In this document: piece by piece, positions 49,559-59,935 of the stretch
Numbering within the stretch: the first letter of the stretch is position 1
How the letters are laid out: the number at the start of each line of letters is the position of its first letter
Assembly: GCA_963781485.1 (NCBI GenBank)
Contig: CAWAFY010000004.1
Coordinates: 218,445-282,444, forward strand
DNA: 64,000 bases
Source: an uncultured Alphaproteobacteria bacterium
GTDB lineage: Bacteria; Pseudomonadota; Alphaproteobacteria; Sphingomonadales; Sphingomonadaceae
Direction of reading: 5' to 3'
Program-made: the position numbers and the translations under genes
The notes under the pieces: model-generated
Database searches by the model: none
The model's input: the letters and a program-made list of their open reading frames with translations, nothing else
Told to the model about the DNA's origin: nothing

Positions 49559-50394
49559 TGGAACAGGTTAGCGCCAACCGGAGCCACGGCGGCACGCAGG
49601 GTGTCTATACGCACGCGTCAGCCGCGACCGGTACCCAGATGACGTTCTCGGTTTTCGTCCCCGACCATGACGAGGGCGCGCGGTTGCCCGTGCTGTGGTA
49701 CCTTTCCGGCCTGACCTGCACGCACACGAACGTGACCGAGAAGGGCGAATATCGCGCGGCGTGCGCCGAACAGGGCATCGTCTTCATCGCGCCCGACACC
49801 AGCCCGAGGGGCGACGCTGTTCCCGATGACGACGCCTATGATTTTGGCAAGGGCGCGGGATTCTACGTCGACGCGACGCAAGAGCCATGGGCTCGGCACT
49901 ATCGTATGCGCAGTTATATCGAGAGCGAGTTGCCCGATCTTATCGCCGCAGAATTCCCAGTGGCGGACATGGCGCGCCAGGGAATCAGCGGACATTCGAT
50001 GGGCGGTCATGGGGCGCTCACCATCGCTTTGCGCAATCCCGGTCGGTTTCACTCGATCAGCGCATTTGCACCGATTGTCAGTCCGCTGTCGTGTCCCTGG
50101 GGTGAGAAGGCGCTCGGCGGTTACCTGGGGCCGGACAGAACCGCGTGGCGGCAATACGACGCGTGCGCGCTGATCGCCGACGGCGCGCGCCTGCCCGCCC
50201 TGCTGGTCGACCAGGGGACCGCGGACGATTTCCTCGACAGCCAGCTCAAGACAGACCTGCTGATCGAAGCCTGCAAGGATGCCGGTATCGCGGCCACCAT
50301 CCGGATGCAGGACGGTTACGACCACTCGTACTACTTCATTTCCACATTCATGGCCGAGCACGTCGCCTGGCACGCGGCAAAGCTTAATCGCTAG
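49558..50394 (+). CDS. fghA: S-formylglutathione hydrolase
   Basis: Esterase D family with GHSMGGHGAL nucleophile elbow. The ATG overlaps the adhC stop (TGATG). A TTG at 49555 is an alternative start. Confidence 0.92.
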   Translation: MEQVSANRSHGGTQGVYTHASAATGTQMTFSVFVPDHDEGARLPVLWYLSGLTCTHTNVTEKGEYRAACAEQGIVFIAPDTSPRGDAVPDDDAYDFGKGAGFYVDATQEPWARHYRMRSYIESELPDLIAAEFPVADMARQGISGHSMGGHGALTIALRNPGRFHSISAFAPIVSPLSCPWGEKALGGYLGPDRTAWRQYDACALIADGARLPALLVDQGTADDFLDSQLKTDLLIEACKDAGIAATIRMQDGYDHSYYFISTFMAEHVAWHAAKLNR

Positions 50395-50535
50395 GCGGCA
50401 AGGCTGAGAGGCCGGTGCGCCGCACGAACGAACCCGACGACGGTTTGCCAAATCCCCACGAAGAAAAATCAGTGCAACGGATTATCCGATCTGCAATACG
50501 GCGAAAACAGAGGTCGCGAGGGGGATATCCGGACA

Positions 50536-51951
50536 ATGGCGTTAGTACCGCAGGCTGCCAGCAGCACCGATCCGCAGCCTCTGGAGGTTGAGGGAGCCGG
50601 TATCGACGCGCCGGGCCTCAATTATTTCGTCTTCGCGCTGTTCTTCATTTTCGGTGGCATCACTTCGCTGAACGACGTCATCCTGCCGAAGCTGAAGGAG
50701 CTGTTCACGCTCAGCTACACCGAGGCGATGCTGGTGCAGTTCTGCTTCTTCACCGCCTATCTCGCCATCGGCATTCCCGGCGCGCAATTGGTCAAGCGCA
50801 TCGGTTACATGCGCGGGGCGGTCGTCGGGCTACTGACCATGATGGTCGGGTGTCTGTTGTTCATTCCGGCGAGCCAGACCGCGACGTATGTCCTCTTCCT
50901 GCTCGCTCTGTTCGTTCTGGCCAGCGGCGTCGTGGTAGTTCAAGTCGTCACAAACCCGTTGATCAGCCTGCTTGGCCCCCAAAAGACGGTCCATAGCCGG
51001 CTTACGTTCGCGCAGGCATTCAACAGTCTCGGGACGACAATTTTTCCGCGAGTGGGCTCGGCACTGATCCTCGGCGGTCTTGCCGGTGTCTCGGCAGCGG
51101 AACTTTCGGGTGCGGCGCTTGACGAATATCGTACGGCCGAAACCCAGGCGATCGTCAGCACCTACATAGGACTGGCGGTGGCGCTCGCGGTAATCGCTTC
51201 AGTGGTCTGGCTTTACCGGAACAAGCTGCCGCACGATGCTTCGTCGATGGAAGCCAACGCGCTGACCACGCCCGTTCGCTACCTGACAGGTCTGGTGCTA
51301 GCTGCGGTCGGTTTGTGGCTCGCGGTGACGGGGAGCCAATTGCTCGGCGTGATCGTCATGATCGCGGCCCCAGCGATCTGGATCTACGACAATCCCCTGA
51401 TGCGCCGCACGCGATTTGGCTATGGTGCGATGTGCATCTTCCTCTACGTCGGGGCGGAAGTCGCGATCGGTTCGCTTGTCGTGAATTACCTTATGCAAGA
51501 GCAGACCATGGGTCTGACCGAGCAGGGCGCAGGCAACATGATCGCTTACTACTGGGGCGGCGCATTGGTCGGGCGGCTGATCGGCTCCGCGGTCCTGCGG
51601 ATCGCAAGCCCGGGCCTTATCCTTGCGGGCGTCGCTATCGGCGCGATCGTCTTGCTTGGAATCTCGACCAACACGACGGGCGCGGTTTCCGGTTACAGCC
51701 TGCTGGCCATCGGATTGATGAATTCGATCATGTTTCCCACCATCTTCTCGCTCGCCTGCGAAAAGCTGGGCGCGAAGGCGGCGGATGGCTCTGGAATCAT
51801 CAACATCGCTATATTCGGCGGCGCGGTCATCCCGCTGCTCACCGGGGTACTCGCGGACGCCAGCGGCAGCCTGGCGACGGCACTTATCCTCCCGGCAGTT
51901 TGTTACGCCATCATCGCCGGTTTCGGTCTCTTCGCCCGCCGCCCAGCGTAG
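50536..51951 (+). CDS. MFS sugar transporter, glucose/galactose (GluP/FucP) family
   Basis: FALFFIFGGITSLNDVILPKLKELF N-terminal signature and 12 TM-like segments. Confidence 0.82.
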   Translation: MALVPQAASSTDPQPLEVEGAGIDAPGLNYFVFALFFIFGGITSLNDVILPKLKELFTLSYTEAMLVQFCFFTAYLAIGIPGAQLVKRIGYMRGAVVGLLTMMVGCLLFIPASQTATYVLFLLALFVLASGVVVVQVVTNPLISLLGPQKTVHSRLTFAQAFNSLGTTIFPRVGSALILGGLAGVSAAELSGAALDEYRTAETQAIVSTYIGLAVALAVIASVVWLYRNKLPHDASSMEANALTTPVRYLTGLVLAAVGLWLAVTGSQLLGVIVMIAAPAIWIYDNPLMRRTRFGYGAMCIFLYVGAEVAIGSLVVNYLMQEQTMGLTEQGAGNMIAYYWGGALVGRLIGSAVLRIASPGLILAGVAIGAIVLLGISTNTTGAVSGYSLLAIGLMNSIMFPTIFSLACEKLGAKAADGSGIINIAIFGGAVIPLLTGVLADASGSLATALILPAVCYAIIAGFGLFARRPA

Positions 51952-52037
51952 TCCCTTGCAGGTACGCTTGCCGCGTGCCTTCCGAATGGGCCATCGCCAG
52001 ATCTCCGGGCAGCGAACGCCGGTGTTCGCTCAGTCGG

Positions 52038-52829
52038 TTAGGTGCCTGTGAAGCTGGGCTTGCGCTTGGCGAGGAACGCCGCGGCCCCTTCGCCGGCGTC
52101 CCGGGTTCCGCCGGCAATCCTTTGTGCCCGCGCTTCCGCAGCCAGCACCGTGCCAAGGTCGGACTGCAGCCCGTCGCGCATGGACTGCTTCATAAGCCCG
52201 TAAGCCACTGTCGGCCCGGCAGCGAGCCGCGCCGCCAGCGCCGCGGCCTCACTGTCCAGAGCCGCGTCCTCGACACACTTGTAGATCAGGCCGATCCGCT
52301 CGGCTTCTTCGGCGTGAATCTTTTCGCCGAGCATCATCATGCGGGTCGCTTGAGCGGTCCCGACCAGCCGCGGCAACATCCAGCTCGATCCGCCGTCGGG
52401 GACGAGGCCGATGTTGACGAACGCCTGCAGGAAATACCCGCTTTTGCCCGCAATCACGAAGTCGGCCGCCAGCGCGATCGAGCAGCCGATGCCGGCGGCC
52501 GGGCCCTGGACCGCACACACCACCGGGATTGGCACGCTCGAAAGGGCCTGGATCAGAGGGTTGTAGGCCATGCTGAGCGAAGCAAACGCGCGGTCGCCGC
52601 CCTGGACCGATGAGCGGTCGCCTGAGGCAAGGTCTGCCCCCGAGCAGAACGCGCGACCTTCGCCGCGCATAAGCACCGCGCGCGCATCGCCAATGCCAGA
52701 CAGGGCGACGAAAATCTCGTTGGCCATCTGCGGTGGACAGGCGTTCAGACGTTCGGGCCGATCGAGGGTGATCTGCAGTACGGCACCCTCGCGCTTCACC
52801 CGGATCGTGTCGAATTCGCCCATCGTCAT
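52038..52829 (-). CDS. enoyl-CoA hydratase/isomerase family protein
   Basis: VLQITLDRPERLNA...GEGRAFCSGADL crotonase signature. Start taken as ATG 52829 (or 52823). The upstream part of the track ORF is not crotonase-like. Confidence 0.85.
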   Translation of the reverse strand: MTMGEFDTIRVKREGAVLQITLDRPERLNACPPQMANEIFVALSGIGDARAVLMRGEGRAFCSGADLASGDRSSVQGGDRAFASLSMAYNPLIQALSSVPIPVVCAVQGPAAGIGCSIALAADFVIAGKSGYFLQAFVNIGLVPDGGSSWMLPRLVGTAQATRMMMLGEKIHAEEAERIGLIYKCVEDAALDSEAAALAARLAAGPTVAYGLMKQSMRDGLQSDLGTVLAAEARAQRIAGGTRDAGEGAAAFLAKRKPSFTGT

Positions 52830-52945
52830 TTTACCCCATGAACTGTTTGATGCGGTTGGTTTGAGCGGTTCGGTGCGGGAATGCAATTGATCACGCGCGA
52901 ATTCGGAGCGTGCGAAAGGGAGGTAATTGACAACCATAAGCACAG

Positions 52946-52970
52946 TTATAAATAGCACCGCTATGGATAA
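52946..52970. promoter_or_regulatory. imperfect 11-3-11 inverted repeat, candidate MarR operator
   Basis: TTATAAATAGC-ACC-GCTATGGATAA (9 of 11 arm positions complementary). Lies in an AT-rich patch and overlaps the preferred marR ATG. Confidence 0.45.
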
Positions 52971-53406
52971 CATCGCATCGGCCCTGGGCGATACGTCCCG
53001 TATGCTGCGCCGCAGCTTCGACGCGCGCGTTCGCGATATCGGGGTGACGCGGCCCCAGTGGCAGGTTTTGACGACATTGCTGCGGCACGAGGGCATCAAT
53101 CAGGGTGGACTCGCCGAACAACTCGATGTGGAGCCGATTACCGTCTGCCGCATGGTCGACCGGCTGCAGGACGCCGGTCTCGTCGAGCGTCGCGCCGACC
53201 CGGCCGACCGACGCAGCTGGCGGCTGTACCTGACCGAGCGCGCGCATTCTTTGCTCGACCAGCTCCGCCCGAAAGCGGATGCGCTGATCGAGGAGGCGCT
53301 CGAGGGTATCACCGAGGGCGAGCGCGACGCGCTGCGCGGCATGCTCGAGCGTATCCGTGATAATCTTGCCCGGCGGGCGTGCGATCGGATTGCCGCCGAT
53401 GGCTGA
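52963..53406 (+). CDS. MarR family transcriptional regulator
   Basis: Winged-helix region QWQVLTTLLRHEGINQGGLAEQLDVEPITVCRMVDRLQDAGLVERRADPADRR. The start may be TTG 52927 as in the ORF track. Confidence 0.88.
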   Translation: MDNIASALGDTSRMLRRSFDARVRDIGVTRPQWQVLTTLLRHEGINQGGLAEQLDVEPITVCRMVDRLQDAGLVERRADPADRRSWRLYLTERAHSLLDQLRPKADALIEEALEGITEGERDALRGMLERIRDNLARRACDRIAADG

Positions 53407-54484
53407 CCGCGACCCCGAAATCGAAGTCGAAGCCGCGCGACTTCTGGACGAAGCGAGCGAAGTCGAAGCCGCTCCGCCGACGCGCCGATGGAAGCGCATC
53501 GCCCTGATGGCTGGGGTGCCGCTCCTGGTGATCGCAGGGACAGGCGGCTACTGGCTCAGCCTCCAGGGCAAGGTTTCCACAGACAATGCCTATGTTCGGC
53601 AGGACAAGGTGTCGATAAGCGCTGAGGTCGGCGGTCAGATCGTCGATGTTAAGGTGGACGACGATCAGGACGTGGAGGCCGGCGACCTGCTGTTCCGGAT
53701 CGACCCCACGCCCTATCGGATTCAGGTGGCCCAGGCCGATGCCGCGATCGCCACGGCGCAGGCGAATGCCGTTGCCCTCAAGAGTTCATCCGCACTTTCC
53801 GGGGCCGACATCTCGGCGGCGCGGGAGGACATCGGGTTCGCCCAGGCGAGATACGATCGTCAGGCCGCACTGTGGAAACGAGGCTTCACCACGAAGGCGG
53901 ATTACGAAGCGGCGCAGCACCAGGTGGCGCAGGCGCGTGAGGAACTGCGCAGCGCTCAGGCGCAGCAGACCGAAGCGGCCGCCAAGCTGGCACGCGGTCC
54001 GCAGGTGCCTGGCGAGTTGCCGGCAATCGCCGCCGCACAGGCGCAGCGGAAAGCGGCGGAGCTCAATCTCAGGCGCACCGACGTACGCGCGCCGATCGCC
54101 GGGCGGATCACGCAGGCCGATCGCCTGCAGAAGGGCCAGCAGGTCGTCAGCGGACTGCCTGTCGCCACGATCGTCGCGACGGGGACGAGCTATATCGAAG
54201 CGAATTTCAAGGAGACGCAGCTTGCCCACATGGCGCTTGGCCAGCCGGCGGAAATTTCCTTCGACGCCTATCCGGGCGTCAAGTTGAAAGGACACGTTTC
54301 CGCTATCGGCGCGGGCACGGGCAGCGAATTTTCCGTACTGCCCGCGCAGAACGCGACCGGTAACTGGGTCAAGGTGACCCAGCGGGTGCCGGTCAAGATC
54401 ATGATCGACGAGAAGAGCCCGCGGCCGCTGATTGCCGGTCTCTCGACCAACGTGACCGTCTTCGTAGACGGAAAGAAGCACTAG
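53399..54484 (+). CDS. HlyD/EmrA family efflux membrane fusion protein
   Basis: N-terminal TM anchor, coiled-coil region, then a lipoyl/beta-barrel region (VRAPIAGRITQ, GNWVKVTQRVPVKI). The ATG overlaps the marR stop. Confidence 0.88.
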   Translation: MADRDPEIEVEAARLLDEASEVEAAPPTRRWKRIALMAGVPLLVIAGTGGYWLSLQGKVSTDNAYVRQDKVSISAEVGGQIVDVKVDDDQDVEAGDLLFRIDPTPYRIQVAQADAAIATAQANAVALKSSSALSGADISAAREDIGFAQARYDRQAALWKRGFTTKADYEAAQHQVAQAREELRSAQAQQTEAAAKLARGPQVPGELPAIAAAQAQRKAAELNLRRTDVRAPIAGRITQADRLQKGQQVVSGLPVATIVATGTSYIEANFKETQLAHMALGQPAEISFDAYPGVKLKGHVSAIGAGTGSEFSVLPAQNATGNWVKVTQRVPVKIMIDEKSPRPLIAGLSTNVTVFVDGKKH

Positions 54485-54491
54485 GGCCGCC

Positions 54492-56063
54492 TTGGCGACT
54501 GCCGCTCCCGGCCGCGGCCCCGCGAGCGGCACGCCTTCGTCTCCTCCTGCTGCGGACGTTGCCGCATTACCGGTCGCGAACCCGTGGCTGGTGGTCGTGG
54601 GTATCATGACCGCTTCACTGCTGCAGGTCCTCGATACGACGATCGCCAATGTCGCGATCCCGCACATGCAGGCGGCACTCGGAGCCACCCCTGACGAAAT
54701 CAGCTGGGTCCTGACGAGCTATATCGTGGCCAGCGCGGTCGCCATGCCGATCACCGGCTGGTTGGCGGACCGGGTCGGATCGCGGCGCCTGTTCATCGCC
54801 TCGACCGCTGGCTTCGTTATCGCTTCGATGATGTGCGGTATGGCGCAGAACATTACCGAAATGGTCCTATTCCGCGCCCTGCAGGGAGTAACCGGAGCAT
54901 TCATCGGTCCGCTCAGCCAGGCCGCCATGCTCGATGTGAACAAGCCGTCGCGCCAGGCCCAGATGATGGGGGTCTGGGCAATGGGCATCATGATCGGACC
55001 GATCGCGGGCCCTTTGATTGGCGGGTGGCTTACCGAGAACTGGAACTGGCGCTGGGTATTTTACGTCAACGTTCCACTGGGCGCGATCGCGCTGGTCATC
55101 CTGCTTGCCGAACTGCCGAGCCGAGCGATCAAACGCAAAAGGTTCGACATGTTTGGTTTTGCGATGGTCGGGATTTTCATCGCCGCGCTACAATTGATGC
55201 TCGACCGCGGCGCGCAGGAGGACTGGTTCTCGTCGCCCGAAATATGGTTCTATGCCGTCGCAATTGTCTGTTGCGGATGGCTTGGCGTGATCCATCTGGT
55301 GACCAAGGCCGACGGCGCCCTGTTTAACCGTGCGCTGTTCGCCGACCGCAATTACGTGGTTGCGCTGATTTTCATGGGCGCGATCGGTGTCGCTGTATTC
55401 GCGACGATGGCGCTGTTGCCGCCGATGTTGCAGCGCCTGTTCGGATACTCGGTGATGGATACGGGATGGGTTCTTATGCCGCGAGGGATCGGCACGATCG
55501 TCAGTATGCAGATCGCCGGCCTGCTTTCCCGTCGCGGATTCGATCCCCGTCTGCTGATTTTTACGGGGTTCGCGCTGACCACGCTGTCGTTCTTCCAGAT
55601 GTCGGGGTGGTCGCTGGGCATCGATCAGTCGGTCATCGTCATCACCGGATTCATCCAGGGACTTGGCATGGGGCTCGTGTTCATTTCCCTCAACACGGCT
55701 GCTTTCGCCACCCTTCGGCCGGATCTGCGGACTGAAGGATCGAGCCTTCTCATTCTGCTGCGTTCGCTTGGGGCGTCGATCGGCATTTCGGTGACGACTT
55801 TCTTTCTCGCGCGAAACCTGCAGACTAGCCACAGCGACCTGGCAGGTCACGTCACCGCTTCGTCGACCGCGATGATCGATTTCTCCACGATCGACCGCTT
55901 TCAGCAATTGAGCGCCTCGGCGCTCAGCGCGCTCGACATGGAAATAAATCGCCAAGCGGCCATGATCGCCTATATCGACGACTTCTATCTGATGATGTGG
56001 GTCAGCGCGTTGGCCTTGCCGCTCGTCCTGCTGATGCGCGCGCCCAAAAAGGTTAAGCCATAG
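54492..56063 (+). CDS. DHA2 family MFS efflux transporter (EmrB/QacA type)
   Basis: 14-TM-type MFS protein with LDTTIANVAIPHM and GWLADRVGSRRLF motifs. The TTG start is uncertain. Confidence 0.88.
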   Translation: MATAAPGRGPASGTPSSPPAADVAALPVANPWLVVVGIMTASLLQVLDTTIANVAIPHMQAALGATPDEISWVLTSYIVASAVAMPITGWLADRVGSRRLFIASTAGFVIASMMCGMAQNITEMVLFRALQGVTGAFIGPLSQAAMLDVNKPSRQAQMMGVWAMGIMIGPIAGPLIGGWLTENWNWRWVFYVNVPLGAIALVILLAELPSRAIKRKRFDMFGFAMVGIFIAALQLMLDRGAQEDWFSSPEIWFYAVAIVCCGWLGVIHLVTKADGALFNRALFADRNYVVALIFMGAIGVAVFATMALLPPMLQRLFGYSVMDTGWVLMPRGIGTIVSMQIAGLLSRRGFDPRLLIFTGFALTTLSFFQMSGWSLGIDQSVIVITGFIQGLGMGLVFISLNTAAFATLRPDLRTEGSSLLILLRSLGASIGISVTTFFLARNLQTSHSDLAGHVTASSTAMIDFSTIDRFQQLSASALSALDMEINRQAAMIAYIDDFYLMMWVSALALPLVLLMRAPKKVKP

Positions 56064-56086
56064 CTTAGCGCGCAAGTGGGAGCGGA

Positions 56087-57604
56087 ATGCGAAACATGAG
56101 CCAGCCGACGCATATCCTCGCGATCGATCAGGGCACCACATCGACGCGTGCGATTCTCTTCGACAGGAATGCGCAACCGGTCGCGACCGATCAACGCGAA
56201 TTCACGCAGCATTACCCGCAAAGCGGTTGGGTCGAACATGACCCGGAGGATATCTGGCGCGACACACTCGCAACCATGCGTGCGGCAATCGTCGGCAGCG
56301 GTATCAGCGCTTCGGATATCGCCGGGATCGGCATCACCAATCAACGCGAAACCGTCGTGGTATGGGATCGCGCCACGGGCGACCCGGTCCACCGCGCGAT
56401 CGTGTGGCAGGACCGGCGGACCGCGCAGGTTTGCGCAACCCTGAAGGATACCGGCCACGAGGCATCGGTGCGGGCAAAGACGGGCCTGCTCCTCGACCCC
56501 TATTTCTCCGCCACCAAGATTGCCTGGATTCTCGACAACGTGGAGGGCGCGCGGGCGCGCGCCGAGGCGGGCGAACTGGCCTTCGGCACGATCGACTGCT
56601 TCCTTCTGTGGCGATTGACCGGCGGAGCGGTCCACGCGACCGACGTCACCAACGCCGGGCGCACGCTGCTTTACGACATCCATGCCCAGCGCTGGGACGA
56701 AGATCTGTGTGCGCTGTTCGACGTGCCCAAGGCGCTGTTGCCGCAGGTGCACGACAACAGCCACATCTTCGGGGCGACAGCCCCGGGCCTGTTCGACGCC
56801 GCGATCCCGATTGCCGGAATGGCCGGCGACCAGCAGGCTGCACTGTTCGGGCAGGCATGCTTTGAAGCGGGCACGGCCAAATCGACCTATGGCACCGGTT
56901 GTTTCGTGCTGCTCAACACCGGTGAGCAGGCTGTCGTGTCCGATCACCGTCTGCTTACGACGCCGGCGTACCGCCTCGGCGGTCGCATGACGTACGCGGT
57001 GGAAGGGTCGATCTTCATCGCCGGGGCGGCGGTGAAGTGGTTGCGCGATGGGATCGGCGTCCTCACCCACGCCAGTGAGACCGGGGGTCTGGCAGAAACG
57101 GTGCCCGACAACCACGGGGTCTATATGGTCCCGGCCTTCGTGGGTCTGGGAGCACCGCACTGGGATCCGGACGCGCGGGGAGCGATCTTCGGGCTGACGC
57201 TGGGGACTACTCAGGCGCATCTCGCGCGCGCGGCGCTGGAAGCGGTCGCCTTTCAGACAATGGACCTTGTCGACGCGATGATTGCCGACGGAGCCGAGAA
57301 ACTCGGGGCGATCCGGGTCGATGGAGGCATGGCCGCCAACGACTGGCTCTGCCAGTTCATCGCCGACATGCTCGAGGTCGAAGTGGAACGACCCGCGCAT
57401 CTCGAAACGACGGCTCTCGGCGCGGCCTTCCACGCGGGGTTGGCCACCGGCTTCTGGGCCGATCTCGACGCGCTTTCCGCTACGCGAACGAGAGGACGGC
57501 GGTTTGCTCCGAACATGGATTCGACGCGGCGGCTGGAATTGCGCGAGGGCTGGCAAGATGCCCTAACACGAACACTCTCGTCGGCCGCCGTACCGCACGA
57601 TTGA
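56087..57604 (+). CDS. glpK: glycerol kinase
   Basis: [30 protein letters not shown] and the rest of the protein are typical GlpK. GGGAG lies upstream of ATG 56087. Confidence 0.95.
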   Translation: MRNMSQPTHILAIDQGTTSTRAILFDRNAQPVATDQREFTQHYPQSGWVEHDPEDIWRDTLATMRAAIVGSGISASDIAGIGITNQRETVVVWDRATGDPVHRAIVWQDRRTAQVCATLKDTGHEASVRAKTGLLLDPYFSATKIAWILDNVEGARARAEAGELAFGTIDCFLLWRLTGGAVHATDVTNAGRTLLYDIHAQRWDEDLCALFDVPKALLPQVHDNSHIFGATAPGLFDAAIPIAGMAGDQQAALFGQACFEAGTAKSTYGTGCFVLLNTGEQAVVSDHRLLTTPAYRLGGRMTYAVEGSIFIAGAAVKWLRDGIGVLTHASETGGLAETVPDNHGVYMVPAFVGLGAPHWDPDARGAIFGLTLGTTQAHLARAALEAVAFQTMDLVDAMIADGAEKLGAIRVDGGMAANDWLCQFIADMLEVEVERPAHLETTALGAAFHAGLATGFWADLDALSATRTRGRRFAPNMDSTRRLELREGWQDALTRTLSSAAVPHD

Positions 57605-57613
57605 CTTGCCGAG

Positions 57614-57641
57614 ATCATATATTAGATAACACTGATATGAT
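57614..57641. promoter_or_regulatory. 7-bp inverted repeat in an AT-rich promoter region upstream of yeeE/yedE-family genes
   Basis: ATCATAT-N14-ATATGAT within a roughly 60-bp AT-rich gap. TTGACT at 57601-57606 is a possible -35 element. Confidence 0.45.
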
Positions 57642-57665
57642 ATTTCTCGTTTCCTCGATCACGGC

Positions 57666-58115
57666 ATGACGTTGCCGGGATTCCCCGAGGCGGCCCCTCT
57701 CGCAGGGCTAGCCGGCGGCGCACTGATCGGTCTCGCCGCGGCGATCATGTTGCTCGGACTAGGGCGGATCGCGGGCGTTTCGGGAATTGTCGGCCGCGCG
57801 GTTGGTTTGACGGACGGAAGCCTCGACCGCGCATCGGCCTGGTCGTTCGTGGTTGGATTACCGCTAGGCGCGCTGATCGTCGGCTGGACAATCGGCGGGA
57901 ACGTGCCGAGTTTCGCAGGCCCCGTTCCACTGGTGATTGCGGGCCTGCTGGTGGGCTTCGGCACGCGGCTGGGAAGCGGCTGCACCAGCGGCCACGGGGT
58001 TTGCGGCGTGAGTCGCCTTTCGCAGCGCTCGATTGTCGCGACGGTGGTCTTCATGGCCAGCGGGATCGCGACCGTCGCAGTCACCAACGCGCTGTGGCCG
58101 GGCCTTCTGCCATGA
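57666..58115 (+). CDS. YeeE/YedE family (sulfur-compound transport) membrane protein
   Basis: [12 protein letters not shown] motif and 4 TM segments. Confidence 0.82.
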   Translation: MTLPGFPEAAPLAGLAGGALIGLAAAIMLLGLGRIAGVSGIVGRAVGLTDGSLDRASAWSFVVGLPLGALIVGWTIGGNVPSFAGPVPLVIAGLLVGFGTRLGSGCTSGHGVCGVSRLSQRSIVATVVFMASGIATVAVTNALWPGLLP

Positions 58116-58528
58116 TCGCGCGGGTTGGCGTTCCTCTCCTCGCCGGTAGTCTGTTCGGTGCGGGCCTCGCGCTCGGCGGGATGACAGATCCTGCGCGCGT
58201 GCGTGGGTTCCTCGACCTGTTCGGAAACTGGGACCCGACACTCGCCTTCGTGATGGGCGGCGCAGTGATCGTGATGGCGGTCGCGTGGCGGGTCCAGGCG
58301 CGGCTTCGCCGACCGCTGTTTGCCACCAAATTCGCGCTGCCCGAGCGGTCGGACGTCAGCTTTCCGCTCGTCGCGGGCGCGGTTGCTTTCGGGACCGGAT
58401 GGGGCGTCGCCGGGCTGTGCCCGGGGCCGGGTATCGCAAGCTTGTCGATCGCTCCGCTGGATGCCTTGTGGTTCGTCGGAGCTATGCTGGCTGGCATGGC
58501 ACTACATCGGATAGCGCTGCCCGGCTGA
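58112..58528 (+). CDS. YeeE/YedE family membrane protein, second half-size paralogue
   Basis: ATGA overlap with the upstream gene. [18 protein letters not shown] and [12 protein letters not shown] motifs. Confidence 0.78.
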   Translation: MIARVGVPLLAGSLFGAGLALGGMTDPARVRGFLDLFGNWDPTLAFVMGGAVIVMAVAWRVQARLRRPLFATKFALPERSDVSFPLVAGAVAFGTGWGVAGLCPGPGIASLSIAPLDALWFVGAMLAGMALHRIALPG

Positions 58529-58643
58529 AGCGTCGGTGCGCGCGCTAACGGATGCGTGAAGCAAACACTTGCGACCCGAAGTCTGCCGCATTTCGGACGG
58601 AAGGGCTTGACTTGCAGGGGGCAAAGAGAGTGGCTGGGCGGCG

Positions 58644-59657
58644 ATGCGTTCCGACATTCTCGAACCCGGCACAGATGGCAGCCTGATCGACGGTATGGGC
58701 CGCCGGTTTGCGTACCTGCGGCTGTCGCTGACCGAGGTCTGCAACTTCCGGTGCACCTATTGCCTGCCCAACGGGTACCGCAAGCGGCCCGGCCGCCCGA
58801 CTGAACTGTCGCTGCCAGAGATCGAACGCGCCGTGCGCGCCTTCGCCTCGCTCGGGCTGTGGAAGGTGCGCCTGACCGGAGGCGAACCGACCGTCCGCGG
58901 CGATTTCGAGCAGATCGCGCAGGCAGTGGCTGCCGTCCCCGGCGTCCGGCGGGTCGCGATGACTACCAATGGCTGGCGCCTTGCCGCAAACGCCCGTGCG
59001 TGGCGTGAGGCGGGCGTGAGCGCGATCAACGTCAGCGTCGATTCGCTCGATCCGGCACGGTTCGCGGCGGTGACCGGCCACGATCGATTGCCCGAGGTGA
59101 TTGCCGGAATCGACGCGGCCTGCGCCGCGGGGTTCGACAGCGTCAAGCTCAACGCCGTGCTGATGCGCGGGGTGAACGACGACGACCTGGAGGCCATGAT
59201 CGCGTTCGTCCAGGAGCGCGACGTGTCGGTGCGTTTCATCGAGGTGATGCGGACCAACGACAACCCTGCGTTTTTCGCCGAGCGCCACGTTTCCCCGAAC
59301 AGGGTGATCGCCCGACTGGAGGATTCCGGCTGGCATCGCGCACCGCGCGCGCTGGGCGCGGGCCCCGCCATCGAGTTCGTGCACCCATCGGCAAAAGGCC
59401 GGATCGGCGTGATCGCGCCCTACGCGCAAGATTTTTGCGCCACCTGCAACCGGCTTCGGCTGAGTTCGGACGGGCGCTTGCACTTGTGCCTGTTCGGCGA
59501 CGGGGGTTTCGATCTGCGGCCTCTGCTTCAGGATGACAGCCAGCACGATGCGCTGGTTGCCCGGATCGTCGCTCTGACTGCCACGAAGGCGCCATCCCAC
59601 CGCCTTCATCAGGGCGACAGCGGCGCGACCCCGCACCTCGCTTCGATAGGGGGCTGA
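58644..59657 (+). CDS. moaA: GTP 3',8-cyclase (molybdenum cofactor biosynthesis protein A)
   Basis: Radical SAM motif YLRLSLTEVCNFRCTYCLP and C-terminal cluster CATCNRLRLSSDGRLHLCLF. Confidence 0.94.
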   Translation: MRSDILEPGTDGSLIDGMGRRFAYLRLSLTEVCNFRCTYCLPNGYRKRPGRPTELSLPEIERAVRAFASLGLWKVRLTGGEPTVRGDFEQIAQAVAAVPGVRRVAMTTNGWRLAANARAWREAGVSAINVSVDSLDPARFAAVTGHDRLPEVIAGIDAACAAGFDSVKLNAVLMRGVNDDDLEAMIAFVQERDVSVRFIEVMRTNDNPAFFAERHVSPNRVIARLEDSGWHRAPRALGAGPAIEFVHPSAKGRIGVIAPYAQDFCATCNRLRLSSDGRLHLCLFGDGGFDLRPLLQDDSQHDALVARIVALTATKAPSHRLHQGDSGATPHLASIGG

Positions 59658-59659
59658 GC

Positions 59660-59935
59660 ATGACGACCGAAGGCGAAACGGTCGCAACGATCGAGGTCGA
59701 GCTGTGCGGCAAGCTCGCCGGACTGCACGGCGCCCTCGCTACGGTCGCCATCCCACGCGATGGGGGCACGGCGGCCGCGCTGCTGGCCCGCGTGGCGCAG
59801 CACTATCCCGACCTTGCTCACCTTATCGCCTCGGGCCGCGTGCGCGTCTGTGTGAACGAGACGCTGATTTCGACAGACGGATCGATCGCGCCGGGCGACC
59901 GGGTGGCGCTGTTCCCGCCGGTGTCGGGCGGATGA
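59660..59935 (+). CDS. moaD: molybdopterin synthase sulfur carrier subunit
   Basis: 91 aa, ThiS/MoaD fold, ending in FPPVSGG (C-terminal Gly-Gly). Confidence 0.85.
   Translation: MTTEGETVATIEVELCGKLAGLHGALATVAIPRDGGTAAALLARVAQHYPDLAHLIASGRVRVCVNETLISTDGSIAPGDRVALFPPVSGG

Noticed and set aside
58529-58643. Moco riboswitch upstream of moaA.
   Set aside because: The 115-nt leader lacks the conserved Moco-motif blocks I can recall (no CCUCCGA-type core), and I could not draw the expected multi-stem fold. An Rfam scan is needed to be certain.
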